Part shown: in pieces, positions 12,757-21,265 of the stretch
How the letters are laid out: each line of letters opens with the position of its first letter
Position numbering within the stretch: the stretch's first letter is position 1
DNA from: an uncultured Candidatus Entotheonella sp.
GTDB taxonomy: Bacteria > Tectomicrobia > Entotheonellia > Entotheonellales > Entotheonellaceae
Assembly (NCBI GenBank): GCA_965217185.1
Contig: OZ244252.1
Coordinates: forward strand, 2,560,001 to 2,624,000
Reading direction: 5' to 3'
DNA length: 64,000 nucleotides
The notes under the pieces: generated by a model
What the model was told of the DNA's origin: nothing
Seen by the model: the letters and a program-made list of their open reading frames with translations, nothing else
The model's database searches: none
Translations under genes and position numbers: made by a program

Positions 12757-15276
12757 TCAACCAAGCGCCGCCAGCAACTCGCGCTGGCTGCCCAGCCGCT
12801 GCTCGCGCTCGGCGGCAAAACGCTGGATACCGGCGAAAATGGCCTCCGAATCCAGGTGCGCCTCGGCGATGACGTCGGCCTCGGTGCCGCCGGTCAGCCA
12901 TTGGTCGTCCCAGTCGGAGGTCAGCGAATACGCATCGGTCATCGGGCCGACGTCGCGCACGGCCCACATGCGCCGGGTGCCGGTGCTCACCATCATGAGG
13001 TCGTAGCGCGCCTCCGGCGGCAGCACCGATCGACGGTAGGCCTCCGGCTGGCGGTCGAACAGGTCCTCGCTCACCGCCGCGACGATCTTGACGTTGACGC
13101 CGGCCTCCTCCAGGCGCGGAATCACCCGGACGAGATTGACGGTGGAGTTGGACCCCTGCGCCACCACGTAGCCGTGCCGCGGCTGACCCGGCGCGAAATC
13201 ACGGATGACGTACAGGCCCTTGGCGGCAGCCTTGAGGTCGGTGTCGGCAAACTGGCTGCGGTCGGCGACGGGAAAATCGGGGCGCGCCACTTCAAGAATG
13301 ATGACGCCGACCTTCGGGTCGCGGGCGGCGATTTCGGCAGCGGCGAAATAGCCCGGCGCCACGTCGTTGTAATCCCAGAAGCTGAGGTGAATGGCCTGGC
13401 CGCGCGGGAACAGCTTCCACACCTGCGGCGCAAAGATGCCGAAGTGGGTGCGCGCGTCGGCCGCCGTCTCCGGCCCGGAGTGGCCGGCCAGAATGTGCAG
13501 CACCCCCATGCGGAAGCGGCTGTCCTGACTTTGCTGGCTCCACACCCGAGCCGGCAGGTACATCAGCGGCGTGAAGGCACCGTACGTGCCGCTCAGCGCC
13601 CACAGGCCGGCGAATTGTTGCGGGTCCAGACTCGCGCTCTGGCTCACCAGCCCGATCGCCGACGAGGCGTTGCCGGCCTCCTGGATCGGCGCCTTAAAGC
13701 GGGTGCCCAGCGGGTTGTCGTCGGCGTGGTAATGGCCCCACAGACTGCCGTGCTCGACGTTGATCGACTCCGACAAGTCGGCGGCCAGGGTGATGAAGCG
13801 GTTGTCGGTCACGTAGTTGACCCACTTGATGATCTCCGAAATCCCCCGCCGCGTGCCGGCCACCTCGCCCGCCTCGCGGAACAGCTGGATGCCCACTTCT
13901 TTCTCGGCCTTGGTCAGCGGGTTCTTCACGGTGACGGTCTGCGGCTCGATCGGCAGGTTGCCGACTTGCAGGCGGTCGTCCAGGAAGGGGTCGCGTTTCG
14001 TGTCGACGCGCGTCGGCGTATCGTCGCGCACCGTGTCGCCGATGTCCGCCAGGCGGTTGGCGAGCCAGTCGCCCAGGCCGTTGCGGTCCAGCACCGACAT
14101 CACCACGTCGATGTTGGTCTTGAACTGGAGCAGCCGTTCCCGCGTGTCGCTCACCGCACCGTCGCGGATGCCCTGGAACTCGACGCCGTAGTACTTCTCG
14201 AAAGTCTCGGCGAGGGCGACGAAGTACTCGCTGTTCATCTTCATGGCGTAGGGATGGCTGGCGTAGCTGACCAACTGATCGCCGTAACCGGGGATTTTGC
14301 CCTGCACGGCCGCCGGCCAGTAGCCCTTGACCGTTCTGCCGAGCACGATCATCGGGCGGCGGTCGCTGGCGTTCCAGTCCTCCATGGTCTTCAGGGCGGC
14401 GAGAACCTGGTCGTAGTCGTTGCCGTCGTCGAGCGCGAAGACGTTCCAGCCGTAGGACGTCCACTGACCCTGGATTTCATAGCGGTCGAACTTGGCGTCG
14501 ATGACGCCGCCGATCAGGGTGTCGTCGATGCCGGCGTTGTTCAGCGACAGCAGGACGCGCAGGCGCTTGCCGACCTGCATGGCCACCGCCTGGGTCTTGA
14601 GCTCCTGGGCGTGCCCCTCGGTCATGGCGAACTCGCCCTCGATGCCCAGGATTTTCAGGCTGTCCGGCGCGCCGATGAAGTTCCAAAAGGCCGCCTTGCC
14701 AGCAGCGGTGGCGATACCGATGCCGGACGGGCCGCCGTTCACGTCGTTGGTCACGTCGGTCGTCTCGGCGTGTCCGGCGAGGGCACGAATGCCGCGCAGT
14801 CCGGCTTGCGCGAAGAGCGGATGGGTGTCGAGGCCGTTGTCCTTCAGGAGGGTTGCCAGGGCGCCGGCGCCGCGCCGGAAGCCGAGGACGTCAATCGGCA
14901 GGATGGCGTCGTTCGGATCGACTTGGTAGCGGGCGTCGCCGGTAGCAGCGTGCTTGCGGCTGAGCGCCTCGCCCATGATCATCCACAAGGCGTAGGAGGT
15001 GGGGATGTTGTGCCCGCCGGCGAGCAGGAACTTGTCGCAGAACGGGTGCTTGGGGCGGCGGTAATCGTACCGCAGGCCGCCCAGGTCCGGCCCGGCAAGG
15101 TGCAGCGCGACGTTGTACGGCGTGTAAGCCAGCGGCCCGCCAAAATGCCCCGTCTGGGCGTAGTTGCCCATCATCACCAGGGTCATGCAGGTCATGAAAC
15201 CGACGTCATCAAAACGCTCGCGGTCGTACGCCGCGGTCAGTGGCTTGACGGGTGACAGTAAGGTTGTCGTACTCAT
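12757..15276 (-). CDS. Transketolase-like ThDP-dependent enzyme (divergent, single chain)
   Basis: GHFGGPL, DKFLLAGGH, GHAE, GPSGIGIATAAG, SYGWNVF..DGND, IQEA, HSG...AADARTH, TK C-terminal domain. Confidence 0.8.
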   Translation of the reverse strand: MSTTTLLSPVKPLTAAYDRERFDDVGFMTCMTLVMMGNYAQTGHFGGPLAYTPYNVALHLAGPDLGGLRYDYRRPKHPFCDKFLLAGGHNIPTSYALWMIMGEALSRKHAATGDARYQVDPNDAILPIDVLGFRRGAGALATLLKDNGLDTHPLFAQAGLRGIRALAGHAETTDVTNDVNGGPSGIGIATAAGKAAFWNFIGAPDSLKILGIEGEFAMTEGHAQELKTQAVAMQVGKRLRVLLSLNNAGIDDTLIGGVIDAKFDRYEIQGQWTSYGWNVFALDDGNDYDQVLAALKTMEDWNASDRRPMIVLGRTVKGYWPAAVQGKIPGYGDQLVSYASHPYAMKMNSEYFVALAETFEKYYGVEFQGIRDGAVSDTRERLLQFKTNIDVVMSVLDRNGLGDWLANRLADIGDTVRDDTPTRVDTKRDPFLDDRLQVGNLPIEPQTVTVKNPLTKAEKEVGIQLFREAGEVAGTRRGISEIIKWVNYVTDNRFITLAADLSESINVEHGSLWGHYHADDNPLGTRFKAPIQEAGNASSAIGLVSQSASLDPQQFAGLWALSGTYGAFTPLMYLPARVWSQQSQDSRFRMGVLHILAGHSGPETAADARTHFGIFAPQVWKLFPRGQAIHLSFWDYNDVAPGYFAAAEIAARDPKVGVIILEVARPDFPVADRSQFADTDLKAAAKGLYVIRDFAPGQPRHGYVVAQGSNSTVNLVRVIPRLEEAGVNVKIVAAVSEDLFDRQPEAYRRSVLPPEARYDLMMVSTGTRRMWAVRDVGPMTDAYSLTSDWDDQWLTGGTEADVIAEAHLDSEAIFAGIQRFAAEREQRLGSQRELLAALG

Positions 15277-15442
15277 AGCTGATCCCTACCCCTCCTGAGT
15301 TTGGTATGTCTCATCCTGCACGCCTGCGGGGCCTCGCCGGTAGCCTTGCGCGGATGGTTGAAACCGGAAGCGCCTACCATAACATAGGCCATTGGGCTTG
15401 GGTAGTCGCCCGGCCAAGGGGCGCCGCGCCGGCCGATGCCGG

Positions 15443-16438
15443 CTACAAAACCGGCTCGCGCAGTTCCGGGATGACCCACATGGGCTGCCGTCCGGCGGCG
15501 ACCCGCTGGATGTTGTCGAAGCCGTTGCGGAACGCCTTGGTCCAGTTTTCCAACGTCGGACCGGCGGTGTGCGGCGTGAGGGTGACGTTGTCCAAGGCGA
15601 ACAGCGGGTGATCGGTTGGCGGCGGCTCTTCGACCATCACGTCGAGTCCGGCAGCGGCGATCTGGCCGCTGGTCAGGGCGTGGTGCAGCGCTTCCTCGTC
15701 CACCACCGGGCCGCGGCAGGTATTGATGAAAATGGCGTCGTTCTTCATGGTGGCGAACTCGCGGGCGCCCATCATGTTGCGGGTCTGCTCGTTCAGCGGC
15801 ATGTGCAGGCTGACCACGTCCGAGGTACGCAGCAGTTCGGGGAAGAGCACATAGCGCACGCCAAGGGCGTCTGCCTGGTCCTCGCCGAGACGGAAGGCAT
15901 CGTAGTACTGCACCCGCATGTCGAAAGCCTGGGCGCGGCGCGCCACCTTCTTGCCGATGGTGCCCAAGCCGACGATGCCAAGCGTCTTGCCGGCCAGCTC
16001 GTAGATGCACAGGTCGGCGAAATCCCCCACCCGCCACTTGCCGTTGACGACGTTGTTGTGGTCGCGGACGACCTGTTTGTACACGGCGAGGATAAGCATC
16101 ATGGTGTGCTCGGCAACGGCCACCGAATTGGAGCCGCCGTTATTGGCCACCGGTACGCGCGCCTGCCGGGCGGCATCCACGTCGAGGCGGTCGTAGCCGG
16201 CGCTGATGAGCTGCACGAGCTTCAGATTCGGCGCCGTGTCGTAGAACGACTGCCCCATGTGCTCGCGCGGAAAGCCCATGAAGTAGTCGGCGTCCTGAAT
16301 GGCCTGCGCAAAGTTGGGGTCGTCTTGGGCAACGACCTGGAAGTCGAAATCGGTCGGCGCCATGGCGTGAGCGACATCCATGATCGAGGGCGGGAACGGG
16401 GGCGAGAATACGATTTTGTTTGCCACAATGGTCTCCAT
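15443..16438 (-). CDS. D-2-hydroxyacid dehydrogenase (start may be GTG 16426)
   Basis: GIVGLGTIG, SLHMPL, INTCRGPVVDE, AGLDV, TPHTAG. Confidence 0.92.
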   Translation of the reverse strand: METIVANKIVFSPPFPPSIMDVAHAMAPTDFDFQVVAQDDPNFAQAIQDADYFMGFPREHMGQSFYDTAPNLKLVQLISAGYDRLDVDAARQARVPVANNGGSNSVAVAEHTMMLILAVYKQVVRDHNNVVNGKWRVGDFADLCIYELAGKTLGIVGLGTIGKKVARRAQAFDMRVQYYDAFRLGEDQADALGVRYVLFPELLRTSDVVSLHMPLNEQTRNMMGAREFATMKNDAIFINTCRGPVVDEEALHHALTSGQIAAAGLDVMVEEPPPTDHPLFALDNVTLTPHTAGPTLENWTKAFRNGFDNIQRVAAGRQPMWVIPELREPVL

Positions 16439-16605
16439 ATCAGCGGGGTACGGGTAGCCGGTCGACAGCGAATACAGCGCATAGCCGCTTGCCGGTCAGT
16501 TTCGATCAGAGATTGTTAGCACTGACGTATCGCATCAACGATGCGTACGAACAGGACAAGAGCCAAGAAGATCACGCCGAGGGGTCACTGCCCACCCTTG
16601 ACAGT

Positions 16606-16861
16606 CTATAAACGGTCATTGGCACGAAGCCGGGCTTCGACTTCCTCCATGATCTGCGGAACGGTCTTTTCGCTCACGCCACTGTCCAGACCTTCCTGAA
16701 TTGCGGATTTGAGCGCCCGCAGTTTGGTGCCCTCTTCCCGATCACGGCGAATCAACTCTCGGATGTACACTGTCGCTGGTGATGCCACCCGCTGCGATCC
16801 GTGCCTTGATCCACCGTTCTTGCTGGTCGGTCAGCATAACGGTTTTACGCACAGTTCCCAT
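16606..16861 (-). pseudogene. ParD-like RHH antitoxin, frameshifted, followed by a truncated ParE start
   Basis: GGAGGAG then MGTVRKTVMLTDQQERWIKARIAAGGITSDS, then a frame change near 16770 to YIRELIRRDREE...AIQEGLDSG. An overlapping ATG at 16619 gives MTVYRLSR and then unrelated sequence. Confidence 0.8.
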
Positions 16862-16879
16862 GTCTCCTCCGTCATGCCG

Positions 16880-17145
16880 TCACTCCCCTGTAGGTTTTGA
16901 AAGCAACGTCTCCACCTCTGTCAACCGTTCGCGGATTTCGGGCAACGCCGTCAGGGTATTCTCGATACGCTCAAGGCGCCCGTCCATCGCCCGAAGTTCG
17001 ACGCGAAGCGGCGCCACCGCAGAAGACACGATCCATTGGACAACCCCCGCGCAGCTGCCCAGGATGATCACCACGGCCATGATCAGCGTTGCCAAATCCT
17101 TAACTCCTGCCAAAAGGGCCGGTTTGCTTCCGTTTGTGCGCTCAT
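16880..17145 (-). CDS. Small TM plus coiled-coil protein, probable frameshift near 17107
   Basis: ATG 17145 overlaps the upstream stop (ATGA) and has an AAGGGAG RBS; MSAQTEANRPFWQ continues in another frame as VKDLATLIMAVVIILG...LERIENTL. Confidence 0.5.
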
Positions 17146-17315
17146 GCCGTCGCTCCCTTTTTCGCTCGCTTTGGACTGAAGCGAATACCGAGCCGCCGGG
17201 CGATTCGCGCAACGGCCACGCGCGACCAGCTACCCGTGACGGCGCTTCGCCGCGTTCGCCTTGGGAGTTCGATGCCGTTCGCTTCCAGGTACGCCACAAT
17301 GCCGCTGCCACGCAT
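17142..17315 (-). CDS. Fragment resembling the DNA-binding (recombinase) domain of serine recombinases
   Basis: 57 aa, below the ORF-track cutoff: MRGSGIVAYLEANGIELPRRTRRSAVTGSWSRVAVARIARRLG, similar to the IAxxLNxxGI...W..xxVxxI pattern. Confidence 0.45.
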   Translation of the reverse strand: MRGSGIVAYLEANGIELPRRTRRSAVTGSWSRVAVARIARRLGIRFSPKRAKKGATA

Positions 17316-17453
17316 CCCGGCGCTTAGGGCTACATCATTACCTATGCGGCGGCCATTATAGCGTCACTCGGATGGCCCGTGCTATAGTCGCCACACGTCC
17401 TGGGACGACCCGCCGCGGCGCCCGCAAACACACCCCTGCAAAAGGAGATTCGC

Positions 17454-18824
17454 ATGCCCACGCCCCCGCAACTCTATGCTGATCTGGACCGCACCATCCC
17501 CGCCGTGCGCGAGGAATTCGAGGGCTGGCTGCGCGATCTGGTGGAGATCCCGACAGTGAGCATGGACCCGGCGCACGCTGACGATATCCGGCGCGGGGCG
17601 GAGCGGGCGGTCGAGATTCTGCGGGCGTGCGGGGCTGAGGCTGAGATCGTCGAAACGCCGGGCCATCCTGTCGTCTTTGGGAACATCACCGCCAATGCGG
17701 ACTACCCAACGGTGGCCATCTACAACCACATGGACGTACAGCCCGCCAACGAGCCGCAGTGGGAGAACGAGCCGTTCGTGTTCCAGCGTCAGGGCGACCG
17801 TTACCTGGGCCGCGGCACCACGGACGACAAGGGCCCGGCGCTCACCGCGCTGATGGCGGCCCGCTTCGCGTCGCAACAGGGATTGCCGCTGAATTTCCAG
17901 TTCATCTGGGAGCTGGAGGAAGAGATCGGCAGCCCCAACTTCGCGCATTTCGTGCAGCAGAAGCGGGAAGCCTTGACCTGTCAGTCCGTGCTGGTGTCCG
18001 ACACCATCTGGCTGTCGCCGGAAAAGCCCGCGGTGCCCTACGGCCTGCGCGGCATGCTGATGATGCAATGGCGCCTGGAAACCGGCAGCAAGGACAGCCA
18101 CTCCGGCCTCACCGGCGGCGCCGCGCGCAACCCCATCGGCGAGCTGGCCGAACTGATCGCCTGCTGCTACGAGGCGCGCACCGGGCGCGTCAGCATTCCC
18201 GGATTTTACGAGGACGTGCAGCGCCTCAGCAGCGACGAGCTGACCCACTTCCTGGGCAGCGGCTTTGACCTGGACGGCTTCCGCACGGCCCACGGCCTGC
18301 ACGACTTGCGCAGCGACGACGTGCGGCAGATTGTGCAAGCCATCTGGAGCGAGCCGACCTTCGAGGTACACGGCATCAGCGGCGGCTACCAGGGCCCGGG
18401 CATCAAGACCATCGTGCCCCATGAGGCGGAAGCCAAGATCAGCATGCGGCTGGTGCCGAACCAGAACCCCGACCGCATTCTGGAACTGACGTGCGATTTC
18501 GTCGGCCGCCTCAACCCCGACGTACGCATCACCCCCGGCGGCGCCCTGGTTCCCTACCTCGGCGAGTTCAGCGGCTTCTACGGCGACGCCGTGCGCCAAG
18601 CGGTGGAATTCGGCTTCGGCATGTCCCCCAGCTTCATCCGCGAGGGCGGCTCCATCGGCGCCGTCGTCACTCTCGACACAATGCTGAAGGTTCCCGTCGT
18701 CTTCCTGGGCCTCAGCCTCCCCGAGCACGGGTATCACGCGCCCAACGAGAACTTCGATTGGGGCCAGGCCAGCGGCGGCATGCGGGCGTTCGTCAAGTAT
18801 TTTGAGACGCTGGCCGCGGCGTGA
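17454..18824 (+). CDS. M20 family dipeptidase
   Basis: YNHMDVQPA, GRGTTDDKGP, EEEIGS, HSG, HAPNENF. Confidence 0.93.
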   Translation: MPTPPQLYADLDRTIPAVREEFEGWLRDLVEIPTVSMDPAHADDIRRGAERAVEILRACGAEAEIVETPGHPVVFGNITANADYPTVAIYNHMDVQPANEPQWENEPFVFQRQGDRYLGRGTTDDKGPALTALMAARFASQQGLPLNFQFIWELEEEIGSPNFAHFVQQKREALTCQSVLVSDTIWLSPEKPAVPYGLRGMLMMQWRLETGSKDSHSGLTGGAARNPIGELAELIACCYEARTGRVSIPGFYEDVQRLSSDELTHFLGSGFDLDGFRTAHGLHDLRSDDVRQIVQAIWSEPTFEVHGISGGYQGPGIKTIVPHEAEAKISMRLVPNQNPDRILELTCDFVGRLNPDVRITPGGALVPYLGEFSGFYGDAVRQAVEFGFGMSPSFIREGGSIGAVVTLDTMLKVPVVFLGLSLPEHGYHAPNENFDWGQASGGMRAFVKYFETLAAA

Positions 18825-18841
18825 GGGTGCCGACACGGGAT

Positions 18842-18935
18842 GAAATGAAACGGAAATGAGCGGGAAATGAAATTGCGTTTCGTGCCATAATGTCCGTATG
18901 GATGTTGGACATCGGCAGAAACGAGACGGAAATGA
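18842..18935 (+). promoter_or_regulatory. 11-bp-phased GAAATGA direct repeats and extended -10 upstream of fic
   Basis: GAAATGA at 18842, 18853, 18864; GAAACGA at 18918 and GAAATGA at 18929; TGcCATAAT near 18884-18892. Confidence 0.5.
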
Positions 18936-20164
18936 CCTCCGAAACGACCAACCTCTACACCCTGCCGGAGCGGTGGGTGTTCTACGAAACGGCGGCCATC
19001 CTTGACCAACTGGTGGAAGCCAGAACCGCCGCTGGTGTCCTGAACCGGCTGCCGTACCTGCAACAATGGATTGCGCAGGTCCATGAGGAGCAATTGCGTC
19101 TTGAGGCCGCCGGCACTTCTCGTATCGAGGGCGCCGAGTTCAGCGACCAGGAACAGGAAGTAGCCCTGGCAAGTCAAGTCCCCCCGCACGTCGATCTTAC
19201 CCGCTCGCAACGCCAGCTACGGGCGGCTGATGCAACGTACCGCTGGCTACGCTGCCAACCGACTAACCGGCCAGTCACTCCCCATTTCCTGCTGGACATC
19301 CACCGGCGCATGGTAACCGGGTGCGATGATGACCACTGTGAGCCTGGCGCCTTGCGGACAACGGACTGGAACGTTACGTTCGGGACCCCGCGTTGCCGCG
19401 GCGCCGAGGGGGGCAACCAGTGCCAGGCGGCCTTCAGCGGTCTTTGTAACGCGATGGCCGGTGAATTCCGGCAACACGACCGCATCGTTCAGGCCTTGGC
19501 CGCTCACTACCACATCGGCGCAATGCATCCCTTTGGCGACGGCAATGGACGCACGTCTCGTGCTCTGGAAGCGTTCATGCTGAGGCAGGCTGGTGTCAGC
19601 AATTTGGTGATGGTCAGCCTGTCCAATTACTACTACGAGTACAAAGACGACTACTTGGCGGCCCTGTCCGAATCTCGTCAGATAGGCCACGACCTGACGC
19701 CCTTCCTGAGATTTGCGCTACCTGCGGTCTCGGCGCGATGCAACGCGGTCGCCGCCAGCATCGTGGACCATAACAAGCGAACCCTGTTTCGACAGTTCGC
19801 CCAGTCCCTGTTCGGAAAGCTGCGCAGCCGGCGTCGCCGAGCCTTAGCCGCTCGCCAGTTGCACGTCCTGGAATCGCTGCTTGATTCGCCCACCCTGGAA
19901 ATCCGAAATTTGATTGATCGTACGATAGATGAATACAACCACCTCAAATACCCCGACCGCGCGTGGGTCAGAGACTTCATCCATTTGCGAGAAATCGGCG
20001 CAATCACAATCCCTGAAAAGGGTGTGATTACACTCAACTTGGACTGGCCCCAAGAGTTATCGGAGTCGGAATTGCTGCACAGGTACGAGAATTTGCCGTC
20101 AGCGGTTTCGGCCAACCATCCCGCCATGGCCGCTCTGTCCCAACTGCTCAATCGCCGCCGTTAG
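18932..20164 (+). CDS. Fic domain protein with N-terminal inhibitory motif and probable C-terminal wHTH
   Basis: HPFGDGNGRTSR catalytic motif; TSRIEG matches (S/T)xxxE(G/N). Confidence 0.9.
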   Translation: MTSETTNLYTLPERWVFYETAAILDQLVEARTAAGVLNRLPYLQQWIAQVHEEQLRLEAAGTSRIEGAEFSDQEQEVALASQVPPHVDLTRSQRQLRAADATYRWLRCQPTNRPVTPHFLLDIHRRMVTGCDDDHCEPGALRTTDWNVTFGTPRCRGAEGGNQCQAAFSGLCNAMAGEFRQHDRIVQALAAHYHIGAMHPFGDGNGRTSRALEAFMLRQAGVSNLVMVSLSNYYYEYKDDYLAALSESRQIGHDLTPFLRFALPAVSARCNAVAASIVDHNKRTLFRQFAQSLFGKLRSRRRRALAARQLHVLESLLDSPTLEIRNLIDRTIDEYNHLKYPDRAWVRDFIHLREIGAITIPEKGVITLNLDWPQELSESELLHRYENLPSAVSANHPAMAALSQLLNRRR

Positions 20165-20170
20165 CGGAAT

Positions 20171-20202
20171 GTCGGATTACGCCTGCGGCTAATCCGACCT
20201 AC
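20171..20202 (-). repeat. GTAG-family REP-like palindrome, copy 3
   Basis: GTCGGATTACGCCTGCGGCTAATCCGACCTAC between convergent genes. Confidence 0.8.
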
Positions 20203-20206
20203 ATAG

Positions 20207-21034
20207 TTACAGTGTGCGCCGGAACGGCATCGCCAGCAGGCCAAAGAGCGGCCAGCGGTCGGGTTGGCGGACGTCATCAAGCCCGATGGCCATTACGGTA
20301 TGGTCGGCGGCTGGCTGGGCGCGGTAGGTGCCGAACAGGCGGTCCCACCAGGGCAGGTTGAATCCGAAATTGCTATTGGTTTCCACGAGTAGGGGCGAGT
20401 GATGCACGCGGTGCATGTCGGGCGTCACCAGGAACCATCTCAGCACCCGGTCCACCCCGACGGGCAGGAACACGTTGCCGTGGTTGAACAGGCTGGTGGC
20501 GTTGAGAATGGCCTCGAACACGAGGACGGCAATCGCCGGCAGTCCAAGGACAGCCACGACGCCCATCTTGTAAATCAGGGAAAGCAGGATTTCGACCGGA
20601 TGAAATCGTACCCCGGTGGTCACGTCGAAATCGCGGTCACTGTGGTGTACTCGGTGGAAGCGCCACAGCAGCGGCACGGCGTGGAACAGGACGTGCTGCA
20701 GATAGATGGCGAAATCCAGGATCACCACCGCAGCCAACCCCTCGCACCAAGCGGGCGTCCGGAGCAGGCTGTTGAACAGGCCCCAACCCTGCGCCTCGAC
20801 GGCCAAGGCGATGCCCACGACTGAAGCCGCGGACAACAGGCGCAGCATCAGACTGTCTACCATCACCAGCCCCAGATTGGCGATCCATCGCGGCGCGGTC
20901 GCCGTGCCTGCCTGGCGCCGCGGCGCCCAGCGCTCAGCCAACGCCACCGCCAGGAAGACGACTCCAAAGCCGCTCAGGCGTATCCACGGCTCGTATTGGA
21001 GAACAGCGTCTCGCAAGGCACACCTTGTTTGCAA
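20207..21034 (-). CDS. Sterol desaturase/fatty acid hydroxylase family membrane protein (start approximate)
   Basis: His boxes HVLFH, HRVHHSD, RFHP, HRVHHS; NFG....WDRLFGT. Confidence 0.9.
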   Translation of the reverse strand: MQTRCALRDAVLQYEPWIRLSGFGVVFLAVALAERWAPRRQAGTATAPRWIANLGLVMVDSLMLRLLSAASVVGIALAVEAQGWGLFNSLLRTPAWCEGLAAVVILDFAIYLQHVLFHAVPLLWRFHRVHHSDRDFDVTTGVRFHPVEILLSLIYKMGVVAVLGLPAIAVLVFEAILNATSLFNHGNVFLPVGVDRVLRWFLVTPDMHRVHHSPLLVETNSNFGFNLPWWDRLFGTYRAQPAADHTVMAIGLDDVRQPDRWPLFGLLAMPFRRTL

Positions 21035-21084
21035 ACCAGTGGATGGGCAATTCGCCCCGTTGTCCAGCAGAGTCGCACTTCAAG

Positions 21085-21122
21085 TCCCCCTCACCCCAAC
21101 CCTCTCCCGCGATGGGAGAGGG
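21085..21122. repeat. CCCCTCACCCC-family palindromic repeat
   Basis: TCCCCCTCACCCCAACCCTCTCCCGCGATGGGAGAGGG. Confidence 0.85.
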
Positions 21123-21265
21123 CGTAACAATTCCCGGCCTATGGGGAGGGAGTGCGTTCCTACAAGGCTCTTGACAGCAAGCCTCGGCAATTGCCAGGAT
21201 GACTAGGGGGGCTTGCCCTGCCGGAAACACATCACGACACACCATACCACAAGCCGGGAGAACCT

